DNA of 62,902 bases, filler included, from Octopus bimaculoides (GCF_001194135.2; 4 parts of 4 records of this genome joined end to end with filler, not necessarily neighbours in it); one strand, 5' to 3'. Numbered from the whole stretch's first letter, positions 1 to 11,459 are shown. Notes: generated by a model not told the origin, from the sequence alone. Numbers and translations: made by a program.

Positions 1-238
1 CTTCAGGGACACTTTTCGTCTTCGTGCGTGCTCTCGCTCCACCTATTTCATCCTGTTCTTCTATGATGTGTATCCTTATATGCACATGCGTTTGCGCCCA
101 TATTTGCATGTGCGTGCACATGTGCACACGCGCGCGCGCGAACGCAAACGCATACTCATATAAGGATACACATCATAGAAGAACAGAATGAAATAAGTGG
201 AGCAAGAGCACACACGAAGACGGAAAGTGTCCCTGAAG
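1..238. repeat. Inverted repeat, 96 bp arms (1-96 / 143-238) with a 46 bp spacer containing (CG)n; probably continues upstream of the window
   Basis: Reverse complement of 143-238 matches 1-96 with 8 mismatches by hand (CTTCAGGGACAC...ATGCGTTTGCG). Confidence 0.92.
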
Positions 239-274
239 AGGTCACAGATGCGTGACGAAAGATTTCCGGACAAT
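226..274 (+). ncRNA. Putative type I hammerhead ribozyme (minimal, Penelope-pLTR-like), slightly degenerate
   Basis: Stem I TGTCC(228-232)/GGACA(268-272); core CTGAAGA(233-239); stem II GTCAC/GTGAC (241-245/252-256); GAAA(257-260); short loop GATT; TC(265-266). G240 and C267 are extra bases. Confidence 0.55.
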
Positions 275-509
275 GAACATGAGTTAGAATAAGACCAGTA
301 ATAAACGAGTGAAGAACAAATATATAGTGCATGTGTTTATTTGACAAAAAGAAAGAAAGAAAAATGACCGTTTCGAAATACAAGAATATCTGTTTCAGCA
401 AACTACTTCACAAGGAATCTGGCAACGCAAATTCATAAACATGTGTATGTGCATTAACAAAGGGAATCGTACCGAAAGCACACACACACATATATATATA
501 TGCATGTAA

Positions 510-724
510 GGCAGCGAGCTGGCAGAATCGTTAGTACGCCGAGCAAAATGCTTAACAGCATTTTGTCCATCTTTACATCTAGAGTTCATATTCTCCTGAT
601 CTCGACTTTGCCATTCATCCTTTAGAGGTCGATAAAATAAGTACTAGTTGAGCACTGGGGTCGATGTAATCGACTTAGCCCCTCTCCCAAAACTGCTGAA
701 CTTCTGCCAAAATTTGAAACCAAT
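510..724 (+). mobile_element. SINE family A (GGCGGCGAGCTGGCAGAATCGTTAG head)
   Basis: tRNA-like head with A-box-like TGGCAGAATCG and B-box-like GAGTTCA; more than 10 homologous copies in the window. Confidence 0.85.
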
Positions 725-1295
725 ATAAATGTAATGTAACTATCGGTTTCAATAGACGTTTGATCATTCACGTGTTACTTATACAGACACTACTGCAGGT
801 GCATAAACAGAGTAACTAATGTCTTCAGAGAACGGAATCTCAAACCAGGCAATTGATGTCATAACAGCGTGACAAATGGATAATTAATTCCACAAAAAGT
901 GCCTTAGAGCACGCGAGGACTGTCAGATATAATAAATAGCCCATAGTCTTTGTAGCAAAATCATTCACAGTTTTGCTTGAAAACAAATTTTTCAAGAAAT
1001 CTGTCTTCAGGATAAACAACTCTTACGGAATCAAGCAGCATCAAGCGTAATAATTTGACTTAGTCATACAGATATGAAATATTTTCAATATATCATCATT
1101 CAATACAAACGTTATCATTATCAGTGGAAAATACTGAGATCGTCTGCTTTCTCCCACTTTATTTTCTCGCTTGTGTATTTTATGAACAAAGAAGATTGTA
1201 ATTTTTTAGCCCACTCCGCTGGATATAAGGTGACAAATTAACCTCGAAATTTGTGCTGATATGCTTCTGGGTGTATGTTATGTTTCCTTTACAAG

Positions 1296-1417
1296 TACGT
1301 GATACAATATTTGCTGTTGCTCCCGTTGGCATTATAACTAATGTCAATGGAACTCAAAACTTTAGAGACTTGTTACAAAACATCTCATCTGCATCACACT
1401 CTCTAAGTTTGTCACAG
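1296..1417 (+). CDS. Candidate internal coding exon ([41 protein letters not shown]), extracellular-like
   Basis: Acceptor TTCCTTTACAAG, donor CAG|GTAGGT, open non-repetitive frame, N-glycosylation sequons NGT and NIS. Confidence 0.4.
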
Positions 1418-1541
1418 GTAGGTGAATATTTGAACAAAAGGCTTACACATATAGAAAACAACTTACATGCGCGCGTCTTCGTGCATGCACATACATACAC
1501 ATGTACACACACAGACATGTACATGTACACAAAAAAATACA

Positions 1542-1543
<2 letters not shown>

Positions 1544-1595
<52 letters not shown>

Positions 1596-1770
1596 CCTAC
1601 CTACCTACCTACCTATCTGTCTGTCTGTCTATCTATCTTTATCTCTCTTTTCCCCCTCTCTCTCTCTCTCATTCCCCACTTTCTCCCTTTCCCTCTCCCT
1701 CTCACTCCCCTCTCTCTCCACTTCTTTCTCTCTCTGTACACGCACACGCACACGCACACACGCACACACA
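1544..1770. repeat. Compound microsatellite (ATCT)n/(ACCT)n/(CT)n/(CA)n
   Basis: Direct reading. Confidence 0.95.
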
Positions 1771-1995
1771 CGGGGGTTTTGAAAAGTTCTTGGCTTTAAG
1801 GGTATCGCGAAAAGCTTGGCTGGAGGCCCAACCTTCCGAGTTCTTTTACAGGGCATAGAAAAACTGAAGGATTGCTGCAATGCATGTGTGAATCTGAGAG
1901 GGGAATATGTTGAATAAAATCATAATTAACTGATCCTGTATTTTCTTTTACCCAAAACCAGGAACTTTTCAGCACCCCTAGTATATAGATAGATA

Positions 1996-2157
1996 CGATG
2001 GGTTTCCACGTAGTTTCCGTCAACCAAATCCACTCACAAGGCATTGATCGACCCGGGGCTGTAGTACAAGACACTTGCCCAAGGTGTCACACTGGGGACT
2101 CAACCCGAAACCGTGTGGCTTCAAAGCGAGCTTCTTTACCACATGGCCATACCTGTG
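1996..2157 (-). mobile_element. SINE family B, 5' half
   Basis: Reverse complement of the GTGGCTGTGTGGTAAG...CCTTGGGCAAGTGTCTT...GGTAGACGGAAAC module seen at 5745, 34840, 43130 and 51055. Confidence 0.85.
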
Positions 2158-3994
2158 TCTTAAGTTCACTACGCGACTATGAGATTCAAATTCCACCGCA
2201 GAGTATCTTGGACAAATGTCATTCTGTCTAGCCTTGACTCAATGCATATTGGGTGGATTGTAATCAAAAGAATACAGTCATGTCACACTCACGCTGAAAA
2301 TTACGTGAAGAGAACACTTATCTATGAAATGTTCAGTCACTTACACGTTAATTCCCATAATTATGGGATTTCATAGTCGTTACTTCTGGTTTCTATCACA
2401 ATTTACTTTCACGTTTTTACGAGACTAAATTGCACGTTAACCTGATCTCGCTGACTGCATGTCAATTTAAGTTTCAGAGAGACCCATACCTTCTAAGTGA
2501 ATCTCGGTAGATGGAAACTGTATTGAAGCCTATCGGGTGTTTTGTACCTGTAATTCAAAAAGTACACCCTTGTTACACACTGCCCTACTCCAATTCTGCA
2601 TGAGAATTATGTTAAGGGTACACAAGCCTGTGATATATTCAATCACACACACAGTAATCCAAGAGCAGATAATACAGTTCTTCATCGTCGAATAACAGAG
2701 AGCCACTACCACCACCATGTTTGCAGTAGACGGTGCTGCGTGCACCGGGCTTATGAGAGCTGAAGAAGTGCGACGATTATTATATCGTTGAAAAGAAACT
2801 TCAAGTCCTGAATAAAAGCCTCCAAAACTGTATCGTTCAATAAAAATAGTCTTGTTTCCAATGATATTGAGATCTACCATTTTTGTCGTCACACGTGGAT
2901 TATTACTACATACATTCATACATATGCATATATATACACACAATATATATATGCGTGAGTGTATGTGTATGTGTCTGTGTGTGTGTATGTGTCTGTGTGT
3001 GTATACATACACACACATGTATGTATGTGTGTATTTATGCACAGATATATACATGCGTATATGTATGTGCGTGTTTATATGTATGTATGTATGTATGTAT
3101 TAATGCATGCATGTGCATATATAACTCGGTACATTATACAATAATTAAATCAATATCCAGCAACATTATTTTCTAGTTTTGCTAAATAATAACGTACTTG
3201 GTTCTAATCGCTTCTGGCCTTTTGGCTAAGATGAAAGCATACAAATGTGACTGGTTTAAGTAGTGATATTACGACTTACGTATTACAACTCGATGTCACG
3301 TGTGCGATATGTTTCCGTTGTTGCTTCTACGCCGTAGTCTCATGTCAGCTATTACTGAGCAGACTAAACGATGAAAGACACTTTTGCCGTGACCATGCTA
3401 TCCACTTTGTCTTCTAGGGATGGTGTACCTTTGATTATATTACCCACTGTCTCTTCTTTATAATGACAGTGCAGTGTGATTTAGGAAAATGTATCTGCTA
3501 TTTCTGACAGGTCAAGCGTCGATGTAGTTTCCCTCGCTGGTTATTCACACGTAAGTTCATCGGATGTTGTTGTTTAGCCCTAGGTCAGAACTCATGGCCG
3601 CATAATAACCTCAGCGCCCCCACCCCTATTTTTATGTATGAATAAATATCTTATATTTTACTAATTTATATATACTATGAATCATTTGATATTTGATATG
3701 ATATATAATTTGTATACAATACTATAATATTATTATTATTATCCCCAACGATAAGTCTATTGTATTACTATTTAGTATTAGTTTTCACAACTTCTCGGAA
3801 ATGAGTCTGGGATTGAGGTTATTTTCTTTTCAGTAAAAGGAGTGGGGTCCCTTTTGTATCCATCTATATCCCAGAAAACCCGCTGTCATCCTTGAATGTT
3901 CTTCTTATTTGGTTATTTCATGTAACTGCGAACGTAGCTTTATACCTGTGTGACCAATTTTCTGCTGCTTCTAGAATGATGACCCGACAAAGTT

Positions 3995-4278
3995 TTGCTG
4001 CTTCGTGTAGAAATCTAGGCAAGCGGGGTCTCAATCACCACTGTGATAACAAAGACGAACAATGGTTTAAATTTTATGGAGCCATTTATTTTCTACTCGT
4101 ACGTAACATCATGCAGGCGTACACTTGTCATACATTTGTATATACACGCTGTACACCTGCTCGATGTTACGTACGAGTAGAAAATAAATGGCTCCAAAAA
4201 ATTTAAACCATTGTTCGTCTTTGTTATCACAGTGGTGACTGAGACCCCGCTTGCCTAGATTTCTACACGAAGCAGCAA
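3995..4278. repeat. Near-perfect 284 bp palindrome (128 bp arms, 28 bp spacer); fold-back/MITE-like
   Basis: 3995-4122 versus the reverse complement of 4151-4278: 5 mismatches by hand. Confidence 0.95.
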
Positions 4279-5050
4279 CAATTATAATAATCCACTGCCT
4301 TCCTCCAAACGCCTCCTTTTTCTCTACCGTCTCCTTAGGTACCAGCGCTCACCTGGACCGTCTCAACGCCCACCTGGGGTCGGTATCACCCACTTTGAGA
4401 ACCTATGATCTAAAGCAAAGATTTCTAACGCAGATGCTAAGGCCTCCTTGGGGGAATTGTGAAAGCACAAGAGATTGTTTTAGTAAAGTATGTATGCTAA
4501 CAAGAGCCATAATTTTTCTTAAAAATAGAATATTTAAACCAGTTATAATTGCTGACACGTGACCCATGGCCAACCTTTCTTTCTCTCTCCCTTTTTCACA
4601 CTGGTTGCGTAGCTGACCGGTCCTAAACTCTGTGCCCCACTGTCTTACTATTTGTTGTTTTCTAATCCCTTAGTATGCCTTCTAAGCACTACCCACCATT
4701 CTTGTCTTTTGGGCCCTGAGGTTATATTTTGCTCGTTTCTTATTTATTCCGTCTTTGTCCATCCGCTTAAATTACATTTATTCACTTTTGTATATCCACT
4801 CTGTACTATTTTATTTGCTTTCGGCCCTATAGTCTCCGCAACTTTCGCGGGCACCGCCAGCATGGGAAGTTCTCAGTCTTATCGTTAATGGTGCGAAACT
4901 GAGTAATACCATCTGGTTGATAACTGATGAATAATTAGGGACCTTCTGTGTCTGTCTCCCGTCCGGTTGTACACTCAGTATACGTTATACGTTTTTACCT
5001 GAAGTTTGTTTATTTACAATACATCTTTTCATTTATGATAAAACTCATAT

Positions 5051-5245
5051 ATTGGCTTCAAATTTTGGCACAAGGCCAACAAGTTCTGGAGAGGGGTGAG
5101 TCGATGAGACTGACCCCATTGCTCAACTGGTGCTTATTTTATCGACCTCGAAAAGATGAAGAACAAAGTCAATCCCGGCGAAGACGGACGAAGGATCTGT
5201 TAGGCATTTTACCCAGCGTGCTAACGATTCTACCAGCTCGTCACC
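5051..5245 (-). mobile_element. SINE family A
   Basis: CTAACGATTCTACCAGCTCGTCACC is the reverse complement of the family A head; the body matches the 510-724 copy. Confidence 0.8.
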
Positions 5246-5744
5246 TTAAGTATAATACTCATATAGTAAACGACCAAAAAGTCATTATCAGGGTTAAGAT
5301 ATGCATAGAACATTGTGTTTATCAATGAGAAGAACAAAGACTGATGATGTGCCAATTGTGCAATATATTTTCATATATAAATCCGTTCCTTCTTTAGTAA
5401 TTTGCATGAAAATATGATACGGGAGGTATTTAATTCACATAAATATCTAAAAAAAGAATCACACGCTGGTTTGGATAATATGCGAAAATATAGTTGTTAA
5501 ACCACTGCATAAAAATAGCAGCTATTTGACTAAAATAACCTATTATTTATTTGTTTGTTTGATTGTTTGTAAACCGTTTATTAGTGAAAGGAAGTACAGA
5601 GCTATAATAATATGCTGTGAAAGCGTTCGGTTTTTTTTTTTTTTTTTTGATACGCTTAAACAGTGAGTCCAGGAGTATGGCGAGACATTATAAAAAAATA
5701 GAAAGGACACATTGGCTAATGTGCTCTTCCATTTATTTTTCTTC

Positions 5745-6180
5745 AGGCGTGGTAGAGTGTGTAAGAAGCTTGCTTCTCAACCACATGGTTTCGGATTGTC
5801 CCACTGCGTGGCACCTTGAGCATGTATCTTCTGCTATAACCTCGGGTGACCAAAGCCTTGTGAGTGAATTTGGTAGACACAAACTGAACGAAACCTGTCG
5901 TGAGTGTGTGCGTGCATGCGTGCGTGCGTGCGTGCGTGTGTGTGTGTGTGTATGTATGTGTCTTTGTGCCTGTGTTTGTCATCCCACCACTTGACAATCG
6001 GTGTTGGCGTGTTTACGTCCCCGTAACTTAGCGTTTCGGCTGTAGAGGCTAATAGAATAAGTACTAGGCTTTAAAAATATAAGTCCTGGGGTCAATTTGT
6101 TCGAATAAAACCCTTAAATTGAGTGCCCCAGCATGGCCACTGTCAAATGACTGAAACAAGTAAAAAAAAATAAAAGATAA
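5745..6180 (+). mobile_element. SINE family B, near full length, with internal (GTGC)n/(GT)n
   Basis: Head GGCGTGGTAGAGTGTGTAAGAAGC...TTCGGATTGTCCCACTGCG; tail CTTGACAATCGG...GACTGAAACAAGTAAAA. Confidence 0.88.
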
Positions 6181-6439
6181 AGACGAAAAGGGGGCAATTT
6201 ATGAGAGAATCGGCTGGTTTTTCTTGCAGATCGAAAACGAAGAGGTTTCCTCATCGTCTCGCAACTTGCGCTTAGTTGTATATTAGCTTGGGCTGCAGTT
6301 TGACAAAGTAGACACATTGCTTTTACTTTCCGCTCTACTAATTGATACGATATATCTGTCTATTGGTTGGTTCTGCACTTGATGTAATTTTAAGATGACA
6401 ATCTTAATTAGTAGTAACAGTCGTTCATAAATTTATTTC

Positions 6440-6790
6440 CTCGAGAAACTCTTACAAAATTTTCCGAAAAATCAAACTACCTACCCATACCTGGAGTTTC
6501 TGGATCACAGTTGCAAGAGTTTCACCGTCAATGTTGTATGTCTTGGATGTAACGTAGGAGCAATAACTTTTTCGGAGCATCTTGGTTAAATTCCTTCTCT
6601 TCACTCCAGATTTTCCTGCAGACGGAGTCTACGCCTTCTCGTGAAGGAGCTTCCGTTTTGTTTAATGCTCCTCCCCACCATGTCTCTGTATACTGCAGTG
6701 TGGTTGCGGTTAAATTTTTTGTTTATTGTTCTTCTCTCGGTTATTCTCGGTTGTTGCTGGATCTGGTTGTGTCTTGTTTGGTCAGTGGCT
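6440..6790 (-). mobile_element. Decayed Dong/R4-type (REL) LINE fragment, region upstream of the RT
   Basis: Minus-strand peptides KFNRNHTAVYRDMVGRSIKQ and APSREGVDSVCRKIWSEEKEFNQDA resemble the R4/Dong F..N...FY....PSKEEVE.FW..IW motif; frameshifted. Confidence 0.6.
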
Positions 6791-7329
6791 AGACCTTAAA
6801 AGGTCTGGAACCAAAGACTTCGAGACGAGGAGAAGGTGAGTTTTTATAAGAAACCGTAGGTTCAAACGGGGTTGAGAACAAGCTATCTCACGTGATCTTA
6901 TTTAGGGGCTCCGATTGGTTATACGCTGAATATTGGCGCGATAGAGTAAGAGAGAAATTGCGCCAATACAAACCAATCTGAGTAGTGCACACAATGGGGT
7001 CCAAATAGCAGCCAAAGGCTAGCTGTTATCTGCTACGATCGAATGCACGTATATATAATAAAGGGGAAAAGAATTTCACTCGAGTGTATGCTACAAGTAC
7101 TTCAAAACCAAAGTTATTTTTTTCAGAAAATTTCAGTAAGGGCACATTTCATCGACATATAATCCTGACTACAACTACTGCTACAATAATCGTTGCCGTT
7201 GTACCTACTATTTACCATAGTTGTAGTAGGGGGACAGTGGTCAGTTACTTGAGCCAGTAATGTAGTTTGGCTGGTTGGCACTATGGAACCTGTTGGAATG
7301 TCGCTAGTTGCGAAATCAATCGATGGTCT

Positions 7330-7790
7330 TATATCATTCACGTTTTTGTTTTTGATTATAGAGTTGCATCAATTTCAGGTGGTACCTCTGCCACCTTTAT
7401 GCGGGCAGTTCGTCTCCCCATATAGGTTGGCAGAAGCACCACCTCCTTCGTTTTCAGGGGGTTCGCTGAGTACTCTTGGGCTTTTTTCTCGGTTCCAAAT
7501 CTGGACTCTTATTGTGCCATATGTCCGGCCCCTCGCTATGTACTTTACGTCTTTCCATAGGGGACCAGGCATTTTACACTGTTCGAAGTGTTTAAATTTT
7601 CTTGTTGACGGACAGTACGTTTTGAAAACGACTGTCCTCCTTTTCAATTCTTCGACTCTGGAGGAGGGTGATATCTCGATATCCCCACCCTCCTCCTTCA
7701 TTCTTTCAAAAAGCTCGGAGTGTTTTTCCGTTGGTAACACAACGTTTTCAGTTGCCACTGCGGCAACTGCCGAAAATTTCATTACTGGCT
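7330..7790 (-). mobile_element. Probable ORF1 fragment of an L1/Tx1-type LINE
   Basis: ORF RRTVVFKTY...GPLWKDVKYIARGRTYGTIRVQ continues after a frameshift as TYMGRRTARIKVAEVPPEID; resembles invertebrate Tx1 ORF1 from memory only. Confidence 0.45.
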
Positions 7791-8510
7791 AATCCAGTGG
7801 ACTTTTTTTCGTGAATTATTTTGACCGACATACTCGGCCGAAATTAATTCTACACACAAAAATAAATAAATTAAAAATCCCCCCAAAGGGAAACCTATAA
7901 TATGTTGTTTTTTTTTCCTTCTAAATGAGGACAACAGTTCAAATCCCACCCCCACTGAGCGGGGGGGGGGGTTGCAACAATAAAGCCTACAACGGCTTTG
8001 ACAAGTTTAATTTTTCAATAGCAACTGCCAAAATGGCTTCACACAAACAATTCCTGTCTCCCGGCACCGGGAAATANNNNNNNNNNCCAAAATGGCTTCA
8101 CACAAACAATTCCTGTCTCCCGGCACCGGGAAATAGCACAAAAAATGTTCAAAGTTCAACTATTCAACAGTGTTCAGCAACGGTACACAGTTAATAAATC
8201 CAACAAAAAACAATCAAAGCTCCAACAAAACGTCCGACTCACTGACAAACAAAAACACGTCTAACAAAGAGACCGGTAAGCAAGCTACTTACCACACAGC
8301 CACTCCTGCACCTATATATATTTGTCGGAACACTGGGTAGCAGAATCATTAAGGGTACCCGACAAAATGCCAAAGTACGACGCTTTATACATTCTGAGTT
8401 AAAATCCTTCAAAGTCAACTTTGCTCTTCATCCTTCCGAGCTCGACAAAATATAATACTTGTAAAATACTGGAGTTGCTTTTCATAATTCATCCTGGTTT
8501 CGAATGCAAT

Positions 8511-9770
8511 TATTGGGTCCTCCCATAAATAATGCGGTTTTTAAAAAAAATATTTCTTTTATTTTTCAAAATTAAGACAAAGTTCTTTTTTAATCCCCTT
8601 CATTTTCTGCAATGCTCTTCCGTCTATCTGATAGTCTTGCAAGGCCTCTCTTCCAAAATTCCTTGTCCGTGACGGAAAATACTCCTCCAGTACTGTTCTG
8701 ACCTCGTCAATAGAATTCATATTTTTTAAGTCCAAATGATAAAGAAGACTGCGGAATAAATGATAATCAGATGGGGCATTGTCAAACGAATATGGTATGC
8801 GAGGTATCGTTTTCCATTCAAACTGCTCCGCCTTTGGAATGTCATCCTCGCTGTATGTGGCCGAGCATTATCCTGATGGAAGAACACCTTTCGTCTTGAA
8901 ACCAAAGATGGTCGTTTTTCTTCTACCGTTTTTCTTAAGCTGCTCGCAATAGATCTCCTTTGTTATCGTTTGGTTTGGGTTTAAAAGTTCAAAGTGAACT
9001 AAACCTTTCATATCCCATCAAACAAATAACAGCACCTTACGTGGGTGTAGACCTTCTTTAGCCTGGGGTGCCGGTGTTTCTCCTTTCCCTACCCACGGTT
9101 TTCGGCACTTGACATTTTTATAGAGAACCCATTTCTCATCACCAGTCACAATTCGGTCCAAAAAGGTTCATTCGTGAGACGTGACAGAAAAAAAGAGCAC
9201 ACATTCGCACTTTGCGCGCGATTAGACTCGGAAAGTTTGTGAGGAATCCATTGATCCAATTTGCTGACTTTTCCAATGGCACGCAGGTGTCGATGAAGGG
9301 TTGAATGATCAAATCCAAGCTTCTCTGCTAGTTCCTCAACAGTTACGATGGGATTTTGTTCTACCAGGTTTTGCAAGACGTCCTCGTCGAGCTCTGAAGA
9401 TCTTCCAGGACGAGGCTCGTCTTCTAGGCTGTAGCTTCCTGCTCGGAATTTCTGGAACCACCGTTGACATTGGCTTACGCTTATTGCCCGATCCCCAAAT
9501 ACTGCATTAATATTCCTAGCACTTTCCGTCACGCTGTTGTCTTTATTGAACTCATAAAGCAAAATATGCCGAATATACTCCTTTGTAACGTCCATTATAG
9601 CTTTGAAAAAGTAACTATTAAAATCGAACTGCACTCTTCAAAACTTGCACTAAGAATAATTGCAATTTAAAATTACTACCTGCTTTTATAGCAAGTTGAT
9701 GCAGGTAGTTTATCCCGTCCTTCTCCGATTTTTAGTTCACGCAATTGAAAAAAACCGCATTATTTATAAT
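8511..9770 (-). mobile_element. Mariner (Tc1/mariner) DNA transposon, near full length, inactivated
   Basis: HTH region (IRHILLYEF...QCQRWFQKF), WIPHKL, frameshifted DRIVTGDEKWVLY, PYSFDNAPSDYHLF; TIR TATTGGGTCCTCCCATAAATAATGCGGTTTTT at 8511-8542, whose inner 18 bp is inverted at 9750-9767. Confidence 0.93.
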
Positions 9771-10901
9771 AGAAAAAAAAAACAGCTGAAGCAACCAGCT
9801 TCCTGCACGCGAACCTTCATTCAATATATATGTGTGCGTGTACGTGAGCCCATCTTCCTCAAACTAGATCCTACCGTCTTTTAAAATAGAAAGGACAAAC
9901 TCAAGAATTCAGTTCTGGTAAAAGTTTGCAACGAATAAAAATCATAACACTCGTTAAAAATTATGAAGACGCATGATGATACTATTAGGCTTCCGTAGTT
10001 TTCATTGGCTTTCAATGTTATCAAACATTCTTAGCCAACGAAAACAAGCAACAGTTTCCGTTCAACAGAATAGCCGAATCCAATGAGACATCAGGTAGCT
10101 AGTTTCTGTAGAAAGAAACATATGTCACGCTCCAGTATAAGCTATTAACATCGGTTAAAATGTTGAACACTGCGCCCGCTGTTATAAAGTAGAGCAGCAC
10201 GTGTTTTCAGGGCCAAAATTAACGATGGAATTTTGAGGTGGCAACTAGCGAAACATTTTGATTTTAATTACAGAACATATAGATTGAAAAATAGAGTAAT
10301 TTACTGGCAATTACCGAAGAAGAGTGTTTTTTTTTCATGCTTAATGAATATAAGTTAGGAAAGCTAACAATATATAATTTAATAATAGGTTTATTGTGTT
10401 TATCAAACATATTAAATACTATAGTTATACATTTAATTACGACGTACGTTATTAATACCAAGGATGCGCGCGTGCTTGCGTGCGTACATGCGTGCGTGTG
10501 TGTGTTTAGGGGTGGATGTGTGTGTGTGTGTGTGTGTGTGTGTGTCTGTCTGTCTGTCTGTGTTGTAAATTGGAGTGAGAAAACAAGAGAGGCTGAGCAG
10601 TGATTAAAACAAACGTGACCGCGAAACGCCAAATATATATATGTATTTATATAAACTAGTGCGTGTGTGCGTTAGCGCACGCGCGTGTATGTAAGCATAC
10701 ATAAATAAATGTATATTTATCCGTATCTATGTATGTCTGCATGCATATATGTATATCATTGTTCAGTTTTATTTCAAGATACCTTGCTAGTATGTATGTA
10801 TNNNNNNNNNNNNNNNNNNNNNNNNNNNNNNNNNNNNNNNNNNNNNNNNNNNNNNNNNNNNNNNNNNNNNNNNNNNNNNNNNNNNNNNNNNNNNNNNNNN
10901 N

Positions 10902-10936
<35 letters not shown>

Positions 10937-11426
10937 ATCTATATATACACACATATGCGAGTGTGAGGGAGTGAAGAGATAGAGGGGGGAGAAAGAGAAT
11001 TGCCTAAAGGAGCACATGTTCGGAGATATCCACATTGTATGGTGACTTTGGCACACGCCCAAATACACAAACAAGAAGGTAAAGGTGAACAACGATTCGC
11101 GCGCGTGCGTGTGTGTATGTGTGCGCGTGTGCGTGTGCGCGTGTGTGACGAGAACTTTTAATAGACGAAAAAGTATTTGTATTTTGTTGATAAGATGGAA
11201 TGTTTTTTGTGTATTCTGTATTTGCAATGACATTTATGGAATCTAATATTAAATTCTCCATACTCACTTCCTATTTATACGCATATGTGTATGTATATAT
11301 GTATGTATGTATGTATGTGTGTGTGTATGTATCTATGTATATATGTATGTATGTTTGTATATATGTATGCATATATGCATGCATGTATGTATATATGCAT
11401 ACATGCATGCATGTATACATGCATGC

Positions 11427-11459
<33 letters not shown>

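Noticed and set aside
2530-3054. 174 aa minus-strand ORF
   Set aside because: It is built from a microsatellite plus a SINE-C-like tail fragment (about 2545-2640).
8028-8140. Direct repeat of about 48 bp (CCAAAATGGCTTCACACAAAC...) around a 10 N gap
   Set aside because: Near-identical copies on either side of a tiny gap indicate unmerged overlapping contig ends.
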